64,000 nt of DNA from Cyanophora paradoxa CCMP329 (taxonomy: Eukaryota; Plantae; Glaucophyta). The stretch covers positions 42,802 through 106,801 of the forward strand of contig QPMI01000232.1 in assembly GCA_004431415.1 (NCBI GenBank), read 5' to 3'. Below are positions 46,397 through 58,727 of the stretch, in pieces (the stretch's first letter is position 1; every line of letters begins with the position of its first letter). The translations under genes were made by a program, and so were the position numbers. The notes below the pieces were generated by a model. It did no database searches. It was not told where the DNA came from and saw only the letters and a list, made by a program, of their open reading frames with translations.

Positions 46397-48407
46397 ATGG
46401 CGAGCAGGCGGCCGCTTCTGGTCGCCTCCATCGAAGAGGGCGAGCGCGGCCCGCTCATCGATGCTGCGCATGTGGCGCGGCTCACGCTCACGGGAGCGCG
46501 CGCCGCAGAGGGGGTGCTGCTTGAGGAGGAAGAGGCGGATATCGCGAGCGGATCGGGCAGCGGCCAGGCGCACGGTTGGCGGTGCGCGCTGCGCTTGAGC
46601 TGCGCCTGCTGCCACCTTAAGATGGGCCCTGCCGGCTCCCGGGTGCGCGCAGGGAAGTCGCCGTCAGCGCCATCAGGTGCGCAGCGCGGCGGGCGCGCCC
46701 TCTCGGCGCCTGGCTCACCGGGCCGCCGCCCGCAGCGGCGCCGCGGCTGGCTTCACGGTCGACGTGCGCCCCGCGGCGGCCCGGCCCGGGGCGGAGCGAA
46801 CGCTGGCCTGACGGCTCTCGGGGCGCGCGCGCAGCTGGTGATGTACCCGATCGACACGGTGAAGACGCGGCTGCAGGCGCGGGACGTGCGCGGGCTCGTC
46901 AACCTGCGCGGCCTCTACCGCGGCGTCGGGCCCGCCCTCCTCGCCGTCCGCCCCCGCCCCTCTCCTCGCCTCCGGCCTCTGACCCCATGCTTCGGGCCGC
47001 CGTACGAGTGCAGGCCGCCCCGGCCGGCGCGAGCTTCTTCAGTGCGCGCCGCAGCGCCCGGCCCGGCCCGCGCGCGCCGCCGCCGCCTGAGCTCGCTACC
47101 CCTCACAGCGGCGTACGACGGGACGAAGGCGGCGCTGGCGGGATCGGTGCCGCCGGCCGCCGGGCAGGTCGTGGCCGCCGCCGTCGCCACCGTCTTCGCT
47201 GCCGGCCTCCGGTGCCCCGCGCCCGCCCGCCCCCCCGCCCGCGCGCGCCTCGGGCCTCCGCGCGCTGCTTACCGGCGCCCCCACAGGACGCCGTTCGAGC
47301 TGGTGAAGCAGAACATGCAAACGGGAGCCTACAGCACCGGCCTCGAGGCCGCCGGCGCCATCTACAGGTGGGGTACAGCGTCTTCGGAAGGGCCTGCAGC
47401 TCCTCCCACGCCCCCACGTGACGCGGCCGTCCGTGCAGGAGTCGCGGCCTCCGCGGGCTCTTCGCGGGCTACGGGTCGCTCATCGCCCGCGAGATTCCGT
47501 GTGCGCGTACCCCGGCAGTAGCCCGCCCGGGGTACCCCTTTTTGACCCCGACGGCCCCGCAGTCGACTGCATCCAGTTTCCGATGTGCGCCGAGGCTCTC
47601 CCCCACGTCCTTGCCGGACTGCCAAACGCCGTACCCCCGGCTCACCCGCGCGCAGGTACGAACAGATCAAGGACGTCGCGGGCCGCGCGGCGGGGGGCCG
47701 CCCTCTCCACCCCCATGAGATCGTCTTCGTCGGTACGATGCATTCCTGTACCCCCGGCTGCTCCTGTACCCCCAGCTCACCCCAGCCGGGGGTACAGGGA
47801 TGACGGCCGGCGCCATCTCCGCTGGCCTCACGAATCCCCTCGGTGTGCCCGGGGCCCGCCCTGCCCCGTACCTCCGGCGAGCCGCTCTTACCGGCGTACC
47901 CCGCGCCGCAGACGTCGTGTGAGCGCCGTTCTCTCCTCCGGTAGCCCGGCGGTTCCGGAAACCTTCTGCCCCGCAGGAAGACCCGGATCATGACGCAGGG
48001 CGAGGGCGCCCGGCGCTACGCCGGTACCCCCCTCGCCCGCCCCCCTCCGCCTCCTGCCCCGGGCGGGCCGCCAACCCTGAGGCAGGGGTGGCGGACGCGT
48101 GCCGGAGCATCCTGAGGGAGGAGGGCCCGAGGGCCTTCCTCCGCGGCGTCCTGCCCCGCATGACCAGTCCGCCCCGCCCCGCCCCGCACCGCCCCGCACC
48201 GCCCCGCCCTGACTCGCCCTGAATCGCCCTTGCGCAGTGATCGGGCTCGGCGGCTCGGTCTTCTTCACCGCATGTGCGCCGGCTCCGCCCCTCTTCCCCG
48301 CCCCGCTGAGGCGGCCCCGCTGCGCAGTCGAGACGACGAAGCGGGCGGTGGAGCCGCGCCTGCTGGGGGCGGGCCCTGGCCCCGGCCCGCGGCCCGCGGG
48401 ACCCTGA
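46397..48407 (+). CDS. SLC25A26: Mitochondrial carrier family protein, S-adenosylmethionine carrier-like
   Basis: Three Px[DE]xx[KR] repeats: YPIDTVKTRLQ, TPFELVKQNMQ, NPL|DVV|KTRIM. SAMC-type motifs GLYRGVG, GYGSLIAREIP|FDCIQFP, GVLPR and GLGGSVFF. Confidence 0.9.
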
Positions 48408-48477
48408 TACCCCGCAATCGCCCGGCGCCGCCGCGAGGGGCAAGATCGAGAGCTCGCCAAACCAGCACGACAAGGAC

Positions 48478-48530
48478 CCTACTACTCTACTACTCTACTA
48501 CTCTCTACTGTCTAGTACTAGTACTAGTAC
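48478..48530. repeat. (CTACTACT)n / (CTAGTA)n microsatellite between convergent stops
   Basis: ctactactctactactctactactct...ctagtactagtactagtac. Confidence 0.75.
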
Positions 48531-51500
48531 TGAAGATTGAGCCTCCATTGTGCGATGGCGGCGGCGAGGGACTGGTTGGGAGTCAGCACGGGCCCGGGCA
48601 GCGGCTGCCCCAAGGTCAATGTTGGCGACCGTCGAATATTAATGGACTCCGGGAGGGCGGCGCACGATGCGGCGGCGCGTGATGGGCGAGGTTTGGTTGT
48701 CGTTGAGCCAGCGCTGCAGGGCCCTCCGCTCGTAGCTCATGCCCGTCCCGTCGTTGAGAGTCACCGGGTCTGCGCGCGCGCGCGCCACGTGCTCGCTTCA
48801 GCAGATGCGAGAGCACGGCGCGGTGCACCTGCGCCTGCGCGCATGCGCACCCTCCATCACTTCGTGCAAGATGGGGCAAAGGAAGTCGGGCGGTGGTTGC
48901 GATCGCGAAGAGTCCCGCGGCAGCTGCCCGCGGGGGGCGCTGGCGCCGGGGGCAGGCGAGGCGGGAGCCGGCGCCGCGGGGAAGGCCGGGGCAGGCCACT
49001 CCGAAGGCTCGGGCTCGGGGTCCCATTCGAACTGCGAGGGCGCGGCCCACCAGGACGCTGCAGCTGTGCCGTGCATGTACCCGTGCTTACATTAGAAACA
49101 CGACGGCGCATATCAAACTATGCCACAAAATCACTGACCGCGCCCACGGGCGCCGCCGCGGCCCCGCCCGCGGCCCCGCCCGCCAGAGCCCCAGCCGGCT
49201 TGCGCCGGTGCCGGCCGAATGATGTGCCAACCCTGACTCCGCGCCTCGTGCTGCGGCCGAGTCGGACCGGACCGGAGTGCGGGATGGACTGTCGGGGCGG
49301 GGGGGGGGGGGGGGGGGGAACCTGGAGGCGGATGCGGTCCTCGGGGGAGCACGTTTCGTGCGAAAAGCGGCAATCGGCGGCTCTCCGATGGCACCAGTTG
49401 GGGTGGCCCTCCGGGAGCCCGAAGAAGCGGCGACAGGGAAGCGACTTCAGATCTGAATTTGGGTGCGTCGGCGTTCAAAACGGGGGAGGGAAAGCAGGGA
49501 GGGGGGGAGAGGGGGGGGGGGGGAGGCGGACCGTGGATGAAGGGGCACGAGGAGCCGACGGGACAGTTCCCCCCCCTCGACATGAAGGGGCAGACGCGCG
49601 CGACGGAGGCGCTGTGGCGCGATTGCACTCAGCGCGGAGTAAATGAGATTTGGAAGAAAAGGGGGGCGGGGGGGGAAGAGGGGTAGCGGTGGCCGCGAGA
49701 GGGGGGGGGGGAGGGCGGGGAGGGGGGGGCGTAGGGGAAGGGGGGGAAGGGGGGGGGTAGCGGGGGCACCTGGACTGCTGCCCGATGATGTCGGCGCGGC
49801 TTTCCACCGCGAGGCTGCCGACGGGGGCGGCGCGCCCGTCGGGCCCGGGGGCCGGCCGCGGGGCCGGCGGCACGTAGGCGGGGTCCAGCGTGTACGGGCA
49901 CGGCACGGGCGCGATCTCGTCCTGCGCGTCGTCAACAAGGGCCGGCGAGCTCGAGGGCGGGCGACGAAGGCACTCGCCTGGACGATGAAGTCGGAGGCGG
50001 CGCGGAGGGCCGCGTGCGCGATCCTGTACACGTTCTTGTCGATCCGGAAGCACTTGTCCTGCCCCCCCGCCCGCCCGGCCCGGCCCGTCAGCCCGCCTCG
50101 CGTCGGCGCCGGGCGGGCCGCGGGCCGGGCCCGGACCTTGTCGGCGGTGTAGTTCTCGAGGAGGTACACGGAGGCGCGGGGGATGCGCAGCGCCTCGCTG
50201 ACCTGCCGCCGACCCCGGCTGCAGTGAGCGCGAGGCCGTGGGGCAGGGCCGCGGCGAGCGAGCGCGGGGCGGGCGCGCCTTGCGGACGAGGTCGTCGCGG
50301 ACGGCGTCCCCCTCGAAGCGGTCCATGTACGAGATCGCCACGACCGCCTTGCGCCCTGCCGCCCCAGCGGCCGGCGGCGCCCGGTGAGCGAGCGGGGCCG
50401 GCTGCAGGGCGGCGCTCGGCTGCGCGCGCACGGAGCTCGATGGTGGCCTTGCGGTAGAGGGCGGCGAAGCGCTCGAGGTCCTCCCCCGCCACGTACTCCC
50501 CGCTCACGATGAACACCACCGAGTGCACCTGTACACGCGATGAACAGGATGATTGTGGGGCTGTGCACATAGTAGGCTGGAGGGCCGGCGGGGCGGGGCG
50601 GACCTTGCGGGCGGGGCTGTAGTAGATGACGGGGCTGCCCGTCTTCTCTCGCACCAGGTTCTCCGTCACCGTCGCGTTCATGTCGAACTGGCGGTGCCCG
50701 CGCGCCCCGCGGCGTGAGGGGCCCCGGCGCCGGCGCGCGAGGAGCGCCGAGGGGCGCACGAGGAGGGGGAGGGCGCCGTGGAGGATGAGCTTCATCTCGT
50801 CGCCCCCGTAGTTGTCGTCGTCGACGCCCCACGAGTCGAACACGGCGAACTTCAGCTGTGAGAGCTCCGAGATGCTGCGACCGCGGCGAGTCAGCTGCAG
50901 CCGCACGCCCGAGCCGGCCGCGCGCCCGCCTGTCGAGCTGGAACTGGAAGAAGTTGGCGGTGACGTGATCCGCCGTGCCGCCCACCACGCTCGGCGCCAC
51001 CACCTGCACGGAAATTCAGCAAGGGAGTCGAAGTCGACGTCGACGCGCTGACCTGGCTGCACAGGCTCGTGCAGACCGAGTTGAAGAAGCTGGAGCCCTG
51101 TCAGCGCGGGCCGGCCGGGGGCGGGGTACGGGGGCGCGCACGAGCTCTTGCCGTTTCCCATGGGCCCGAAGAAGAGGACGTTGGCGCGGGGGACGTGGGC
51201 CGAGGGCGGCGCCCAGTCGAAGATGTCCCCCGTGAAGTCCTCTGCGGCCCACGCGTACGATTGTCCCCGGCCCCTCGCCTGCATGCAACTTGAAGTGCGC
51301 ACGGAACTCGAGGAAGACGGCGTCGTCCTGCGTCGGGATCCCCACGTTCGCGTCGCTCACCAGCGCGAACTCGACGATCTGCGGGAGATGCGCGGCCGGG
51401 GCGCGGCCGGGGTCAGCGGCCTCTCGGAACGAGAAGGAATCAGGGGCAGACCTCGGGGAGGAGATCGAGGTACTCGTGCAGGGCAGCGTGCGAGCCGCGC

Positions 51501-53408
51501 CCCTTCGACTGGAGGCTGCCCCTGCGCGCGCCGTCGTTTGCACGCGTACGGGTACGCAATGGCGCGGAACAGCGCGCACTTGCTGATTGCCGCCTCGCCG
51601 GTGGCCAGCGCTCGCGTCACGGGTACGATGAGGGATCCGAAGTAGGCGTTCTCCTTGAAAACGACCTGCGGGGGTACGTGAATTCAGGCAAGGGGGTACG
51701 GGGTACGTGAAAAGTTCGCCTTTGAGTTCGCAGGGATCGTCTGCACGCCGAGATTCTCGACCTAAGGGGGCACAGCCTCTTCAAAATTTGCATACCGCGA
51801 GTTTGCCGGGAGGGAGCGGGGTGAGTCACCGCACCTTGACCTCAAGGTGCAGGTCTTGTCCGATCCGAACCTGGGGCCGCCCCGTGAAGGTGCGGCCAAC
51901 TACGAAGCCATTAGCGAGGCACGGAGGCGATTTGGGGGGAGAAGAGGGGGGGGGGGGAGGGGAGAGGGGAAGGGGGGGCGGGAGGAGGGGGGGGGGAGGA
52001 TGCCTGTTACGCGCGCGTATCGTTCGGGCAGCGCCCCGCCCACCGCGCCCGCATCGTCCGACGCCTCAGGAAAGGCAGCGGCGAGCGCCTCATCGAGGCC
52101 CTCCATCGCGTATACGCGCCCGATCTGCACGAGCCCATGATCAGGGCGGAGTCGCGAGGGGCGGGTCCGCCGGTTCCCCGGCCAGCGCACCGAGGCGATC
52201 GGCTCCACGCCCCCAGTTGAGTTCTTCGAACCGCAGACGACGCCGAAGATAGCGGCCTTGTACTGCGGGCCCGCGCGTGAGTCGAGTGGATAGGAACGAA
52301 ACGCGGTGCGAATTCATTCGAGCGCGCGCGCCTCCGTCTTGAGCGCCCGCGCGGCCGCCTGCTGCCCCTCGCTCGGAAAGACGCCAGCGGTGATGACCCA
52401 CACCTGCGGGCAGCGTCTCAGAGTCTCGGAATGCGAGGCGATCGCGATCGGTCTCCGAGGTCTTCGAGGGGGAGGCGGGACGATCGCGCCTGGCGCTTGC
52501 GGGGCGAGGCCTTGGAGACGAAGACCTCGGCGGCGACCTTCTGAAGGGCGCCGGCGACGCGGGCGCCGCCGGGGGCCGCCACAACGCCTGCCACGGCGGC
52601 GTCAGGTAAAAAGTGTGCAGGGAATAAATAGGGAATAAATTCGCAGGATCACGCTAAAACTGTGGGGGAGTAGACCTATCCTAGAATTTGAATGGCGTCC
52701 CTCGATCTCGGTGCGCGGGGACCGGGGAAGAAGGGGCGCGGGGTCTCGGACCGGGGATTGCATCGCGGGCAGCGTCGGCGCCGGACGAGAGGGGCGCCAG
52801 GATCTGGGGTGCGATCACGATCAGACCCGGAGGTCGACGGGGGGGCGCTCCTGAGCTGAGGTGCTGAGCGTGGCTGAGCCAAGCGGACCTCGGGGTGGTC
52901 GGCGAAGCGGAGGAGGGCGGCGCGGGCGGCGGGCCCCGCGGGGAGGCGGTCCAGCACCTCCAGCGCCACCTGATCATGAGTCGCAGAATCGAGCGGATGA
53001 GAGCTAGCGCGAGCGGCCGCCGGACGGGGGCGCGGTCGCGATCGCGGGGGATGCGTGAGAGGACAGGCCTGGCGCGCGGCGGAGAGGGCGGAGGCCTGCA
53101 TGTGCTCCGACACGTCCACGAGCTGCGGCGTCGTCGGGTGTCAGGGCGGCGCTTAATCGAGGGGTCATCTCACAAAGCGCAAGCTGCATGATCATGAACG
53201 TTAAGATTACCAGAACGACGTCGAGGCCGGCGCCCGACGACGAGGACGCGGCGGGCGCGGGCGAAGGGCGGCCGCGGAAGGCCTTCGTGTAGTTCTGGGT
53301 GCGCTGGAAGGTCGCCGTCCCGGGATGCGGCGCGGGCGCGGTCGAAGCCGCGGCGGCCGCGGGCTCCGCGCCGGAGCTCAAGCTGCAGCTGGCGGCTGGC
53401 TTTGACAT
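48524..53408 (-). CDS. vWA - IFI44-like P-loop GTPase - CCCH finger - U-box multidomain protein
   Basis: vWA: LDVVL|LVDVSEHM...RAALLRFAD...GGARVAGALQK...VWVITAG. GTPase: NVLFFGPMGNGKSS|FFNSV, AVFDSWG, ILHGALP|QF, VHSVVFIV, ISYMD, LLENY, ALRAASDF. CCCH: CPFMSRGGNCPVGSSCPFIH. U-box: PPDFLCPILHEVME|DPV...SYERRALQRWL...TSPIT...LTPNQSLAAAIAQW. Confidence 0.85.
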
Positions 53409-53870
53409 TGCCGACACGGAAGAAGGCGCGCTCCTGGCGGACAGGCGAAGGAAAAAGGCCCCTGGAAGAGGCGGGTAGGAGGCCTAGGCCAGAATATCTG
53501 CGGGATATTCGAGTAAAATTTCGACCGAAATTTGGCGATAGGTCAGTACTCATGCAGGGTTGCTGTTAGTCGCAGTTACTCCAGACCGCATCGGTTGCAG
53601 TTACAGCAGTTACAGCTGATCGGTTGCAGTCGCAGCGCTGGCGCGAGCTCGTCCGTAATCGCCAGCAGCTTGCAGATCCAGACGAGATCAGCCTTACAGT
53701 CGAGATCTAGATCATTAGGTGATCATGAGGCAACGACCTGCGCGCTGTCGGCAGATCTAGACATCGATAGACCAAGCGGCCATTTGCATGCGGATGGCCA
53801 TGCATATGCATATGGCCGGCCCGCGTGTCGTGCACGCGCGCGCTCGCCGATTCTGACCGTCGGGCGCGCT

Positions 53871-56800
53871 ATGCCGCACAGACGGTCACCATGCGACGAG
53901 GTTTTAGAGGCCGCGGCCGAGGCCAAGGGGTCGTCAACGTCGACGCGCAGGCGAACTCGTGCGCGCGCGTGCCAGAGCGCGCGCATGCGTCGCTGCGCCT
54001 GCGTCGCTGCGCCTGCAGGGACTTACGAGAGACTTACGTGAGACTTTCGCGCGCTCAGGGCTCCACGCTCTTCGCACCGTGGCTCTGATCATGAAGTTGA
54101 GACACCAGCGGATGAAAGCGTCGAATGTTTGGTGAGAGAATACGAATACGTGGCGTGCGGAAAGCTCGACAAGTCAAACATCCGGGATCTGTCGTGCGCG
54201 CTTCAATCGCCCTGGCTGGCCGGGTACAAGCGTTAATTTAGCTCGAGCTCGCTCGCAGCGCGAGGAAGCCAGAGGAGGCTATTCGGTTCTTGCAGAAGGT
54301 GATCCAACTCGCGAAGAGGCAGGAGCACATTCGCAACCCAAACGGCTTCTTCTCTACCATCTCCGCTGGGCATTCATGGAGCTCAAATTCGGACAGTGCG
54401 CCCGCACCGAAATCGCCGCCTCGTCGCCGAAATCGGAGCGCAGAATTCCAAGAAGAAGGTCGAGTATGGGTGCAAGTCGCCAATGTCGGGGTCTGGCTCG
54501 CGCCCGACGTCGTCGAACTGGTCTATGCGCTGGGAAGCGCAATGAGCTTCGGGCTGAGTCCGCGAACGTGGCAGCGGTTGCAGTGCGTTTTCAATACGGC
54601 AGCGGGTGCAGCGCGGCGCGTGGCTGAACTTCGCTGCAGGCATGAAGACCAGGACGACGTGCTTGCGGCGCTCCGACAGGTGCAGCAAGAGCAGCCGCCT
54701 TCGGGACAACTAGATGAGTTCATCCTCGATCGCTTGCAGCACGCGGCTTTTCCGCCGTTAGGCGGGGCTCGAGTTCAAGGTGGTTCCCGTGCGATGCTGC
54801 CGCCAGCCTTCGCTTCTCACCCCTGTCCGTGCAGCGCCGCTAAAACACGTGCACGGCGGTCCGGAACGTCGACTACAGCAGCAGCAGCTGCTGCAGCAGC
54901 AGCAGCAGCAGCAGCAGCACGATCCAGTGGCTTCCGCAGTACAGCACCCGGCACAGCGCGGGGCTGCAGGGGCAGCGGCGGCAGAGCAGGCAGCAGGCTA
55001 CGCGAAGGGCGAGGATGAGGCGGCGGTGGTCGATGGCGAGGAGCCCGTGCCGGCCGGGGCGCATCCGGGAGCCGCCGCCGGCCCCCCTCGAACGGTCGTA
55101 GAGACCGCGTCGCCCCCGGACGCGCCTTGGCCGCATGCCCCACCCGGGTTCCCAGCAAAGCGATCGGCCCCTCCGGATCCAGTCCCGCAGCGGGCGGTGC
55201 AGTCCGAAGCCCCCGCGCCCGACACGCCCACGCAGCTTTTAAGCGCAGAGCCTGCGCCGTGTGCGCCCGCCGCCGCCACTTTCGTCTCGCAGCCGTCCGC
55301 CCCAGCCCCGCAGCCGGCCGCCCCGGACCCGCAGCTGGCCGCCCCGGCCCCGCAGCAGTCCGCCCCGGCCCCGCAGCAGCCCGCCCCGGCCCCGCAGCAG
55401 CCCGCTCCGGACACGCAGCTTGCCTCCCCGGCTCCGCAGCAGCCTGCCCCCGCCCCGGAGCACCCTGCCCCCGCCTCGCAACAGCCTGCCATGGCCCTGG
55501 AGCAGCCTGCCCCGGCCCTGGAGCAGCCTTCCATGGCCCGACAGGCGCCCGCCCCAGCCCCGCAGCAGCCCGCCCCAGCATCTACACATCTCGTCCCGCA
55601 GCCGCATTCTGTCTGGAAGAAAGGCGCTCCGCGCCCGGCGGGGCCCACGATGCCCTACGCCCCGCCGATAGGCTTGAGAGAGGCGCTGGAGCAAGCGAAG
55701 AGCGACAACGCGAGGCTGCAGGAGGAGGTGCAGACGCTGCAGGAGGAGCTGCAGAAGCAAAGGAGGGACGTGGAGGAGGCCAAGCGCGTCTTCGCGAAAG
55801 CAGCGCCGCTGCGGGGCCAGCTGCAGGCTCTCGAGAGCCAACTCGATGTCGAGGTGCGGCCCGCGCGGCGCCGTGTCCGCTACAAACCGCTGACCTCGCT
55901 GCAGCGGGCTGCGCGCGCGGCTGTAGAGGCGGAGGCGGCCGGCCTGCGCGGCGCCGTGAGCAGCAACGTCGACGGCGAGCGGCGCCTCCGCGAGCGCGCG
56001 GGTGAATGCACCCCGATGGCGCCGATCCTCGCCGCGGAGCGGGCGCCGAGGGCCGCCCTGCAGAGAAGGCGGAGAAGCTCGTCCAGCAGCTGAAGGCGGG
56101 GCGGGAAGCGGACCGCGATCGCATCCGCGCCCTGGAGGCCGAGCTGGCGCGCTCCCGCCCCCTTCCCCATCCGCCGCGCCCGTCGGGCCAGCGCTCAGAC
56201 CCCCCCAGAAGCAGCTCCGCGGGCAGCAGGACCCCGAGGCGGCGCCCTCCGCACACGACCCCGCTCGCGAGTTCGAGGTCCCCGTCGTGCCCGTGCTCTA
56301 CGCCCGCGGCGACAAGGCCCGTGTACCCCCGTCCCCCGCCTCCGTGCCCCGAGCCGGCTGCGTCCCGCAGACGACGGTGCCGGAGAACGTGCTTGAGCGC
56401 CTCACGCCCGAGTGGGCGGGCGTTGCCGACGCGCCGGGGGCGGCCCGCTTCTGCCTGCGGCGGGCGTTGCCGGCCGACGTGGAAACCATCCGACCCCGCG
56501 TCGCGATCGTCCTCGGCCACGCTGCCTCCGACCGCATCGACCGGCGCGCGCGTACCCCCCTGTATGAGGAGGCGTACCCCTCAAGCCCCGGTCCGCAGGC
56601 AGGAGAAGGCGGCCGTCGACGAGGCCCGCGCAAAGGGTGCGCCGAGCGTCCCCGTACCCGTCCCCTTCCCCCCTTCCGCCTCGAACGACGTACCCCAGGG
56701 GCGATGAACGTGGTGCTCGTGATCTTCCGCATGTCGTCGGACCCTTCCAAGGTACCCCGGGCTGCCGACGCCAGCATCGACTCGGGTACCTTCCACCACC

Positions 56801-57021
56801 CCCTTTCAAAGCGCGACGTACCCCCTCAAACAGCGGCACGCAGGCGTCGGCGACAAGAAGGGGATCGTTCGCCTCGTCCAATACCAGTCCCAGGCGCGCG
56901 CGCCCCGCAAGCCTGTACCCCTGCGCTTCTAACTGCCTTACCCCGGCAGCTCGTTGAGCACGAGGAGAACCGGGCGGGGGTACGCGCGCTGCTGGAGATG
57001 CTGGAAGCCGCGCACGCGTGA
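53871..57021 (+). CDS. Hypothetical protein: helical N-domain, poly-Q/PAPAPQQ repeats, coiled coil, C-terminal alpha/beta domain
   Basis: KLDKSNIRDLS|ARKPEEAIRFLQKVIQLAKRQEHIRNPNGFF; Q-run; heptapeptide repeats; coiled coil LEQAKSDNARLQEEVQTLQEEL; C-terminal RVAIVLGHAASDRID...NVVLVIFR; ends LEAAHA*. Start uncertain. Confidence 0.65.
55288..55580 (+). repeat. Coding 21-bp tandem repeat (PAPAPQQ)
   Basis: About 13 degenerate copies of CAGCAGCCCGCCCCGGCCCCG. Confidence 0.85.
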
Positions 57022-57311
57022 CGCCCCTTCGACTTCCGCGGCGGGCGCCTGAGGCGGCCTGCCGCCGGCGCCCGCGCCCGATACCATTTGCCGTTTTGTG
57101 TGGACAATGTAGAATCTAGATACATTTGAGTATGCACGCAGTCGCATCTGGATTTTATATTAGACGAGGTGACTCGGGAAGTTCGAGCACTGCGGCACTC
57201 ATGATCAGATATGATCAGAGATACTCTTCTGCGGATGCCTGTATTGAAACACGAGAAAGAAACATGGCCACCAAAGCGCAGGGCTGGGGTGGGGCGAGCC
57301 ATGCCCCCAGC

Positions 57312-58727
57312 TTAGAACGAGATCTGCGCGGCGGGCAGGCCCTGAGAGGGGCGCGGCGCGGGGCGGCGCCCGTACCCCGCCCGCACCTTGGCCCCCAGCA
57401 GCTCCAAGAACTTCCTCATCATCTCGGGGTGCCCTGGGGTACGGCTTTAGAAAGGACAAAGCGAGTCCGCCCGGGGGGGGGGTACCGGGCCACGCAGGTG
57501 ACGTCACGAGGAGCCCGTCCACAACGGCCTGATCCGCGCCGACCTGGGGGGGGGGGGTTCAGCCAGGGGTACCGCTGCGTGCTGGGCTTAGCGGGTTGGT
57601 CCCCACCTCAACGTATGTGCCGCCGGCCAGACCGCACTCGGGGCCCACAGCCGGGTAGCTGCGCGGGGGCGGTGGCGTTGGCGCCGGGGGTACAGGGTGG
57701 AGGGCCGGCCGAGGGGTACCAGGTGAGCTTCCGATCCTTGCAGACGCCCGCGGCGGTGAGGATCTGGATGCCGTGGCAAATGGCTGGAAGCGGTCAGACC
57801 AGACCGAAGGCGGGGGTACGGGATTCGGGAGGCGTGGGGTACCGGCGACGGGCTTCTTGAGCTCGAAGAACTCCTTCACCAGCGCGAGCACCTTCGCGTT
57901 CTGGAGGCGCGGTGATTTAGGGGGGTACGGGAAAAGTAGTTTGAAGGGGGGTACGGCGGCGAACCAGGCGGAGGTACTCGGGGGCGCGGCCGCCGGGGAT
58001 GTAGAGGCCGTCGTAGTCCTTCGCGTGCGCCGCGTCAAAGTCGAGATTGATCGCGAAGTTGTGGCCCGGCTTCTCGCTGTACGTCTGCGGCGGCGGCGCG
58101 TCAGCGGCCGGCGCGCGCTCTCGGGCATCGGACGCCGCGCCTGGTAGCCCTCGAAACTGCGCCGCGCGCGAAGGTCAGTGGGTGCCACCGGAGCGGGCGC
58201 GAAGGCCGCAGCGGGACCGGCGCACTCGTGGACGGCCGTCTTGACCTTGTCGCCGGCCTTCTTCCTGCGCGTTCCGCCCGGCCCCGGTCGACGTCGGGGC
58301 GGGGCCCGCGGCACGCGGCTCGCGCGCGGCGGCCTCGCACCCCGGGCACACGACGTGGGCCTGGACGCCGAGCGTGAGGAGGATCTGGTACGGGACCATC
58401 GCCTCGTAGTCTGCAGACCGTCAGCGGCCCGCGTCGCTGAAGGCGGCGCTCTATAACGTGTCGGCTGCGCCTCTGGGCTACTCAATGAAAGCGGCGCGGC
58501 GCGGTTGCTGGCGGCGGAGGAGCGGCGGCGTCGCCGCAGGTCCGACGGCCAGACGGCCTAGTAAGCCGCAGGGGGGGCAGCCGGGGCGCAGCAGCGTGAA
58601 TGTGATGTCTAGTGTCGTCGTAATGCAACTCCGGCCGCGGCGCCCTCGAAACACGCGTACGGCGATGGCGCACGTACTGCGCACCCTCAACGAAGTCGCC
58701 GACGAGGATGAGCACCTTCTTGCCCAT
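57312..58727 (-). CDS. pfpI: DJ-1/PfpI family protein (glyoxalase III-like, single domain)
   Basis: [14 protein letters not shown]|[11 protein letters not shown]...KTAVH|DFEGYQ|[10 protein letters not shown]...[16 protein letters not shown]...[13 protein letters not shown]...YPAV...[11 protein letters not shown]|GHPE. Catalytic Glu and Cys-His intact. Confidence 0.95.

Noticed and set aside
58412-58684. Intronic snoRNA in the long first intron of DJ-1
   Set aside because: No sense-strand C/D or H/ACA box pair identified.
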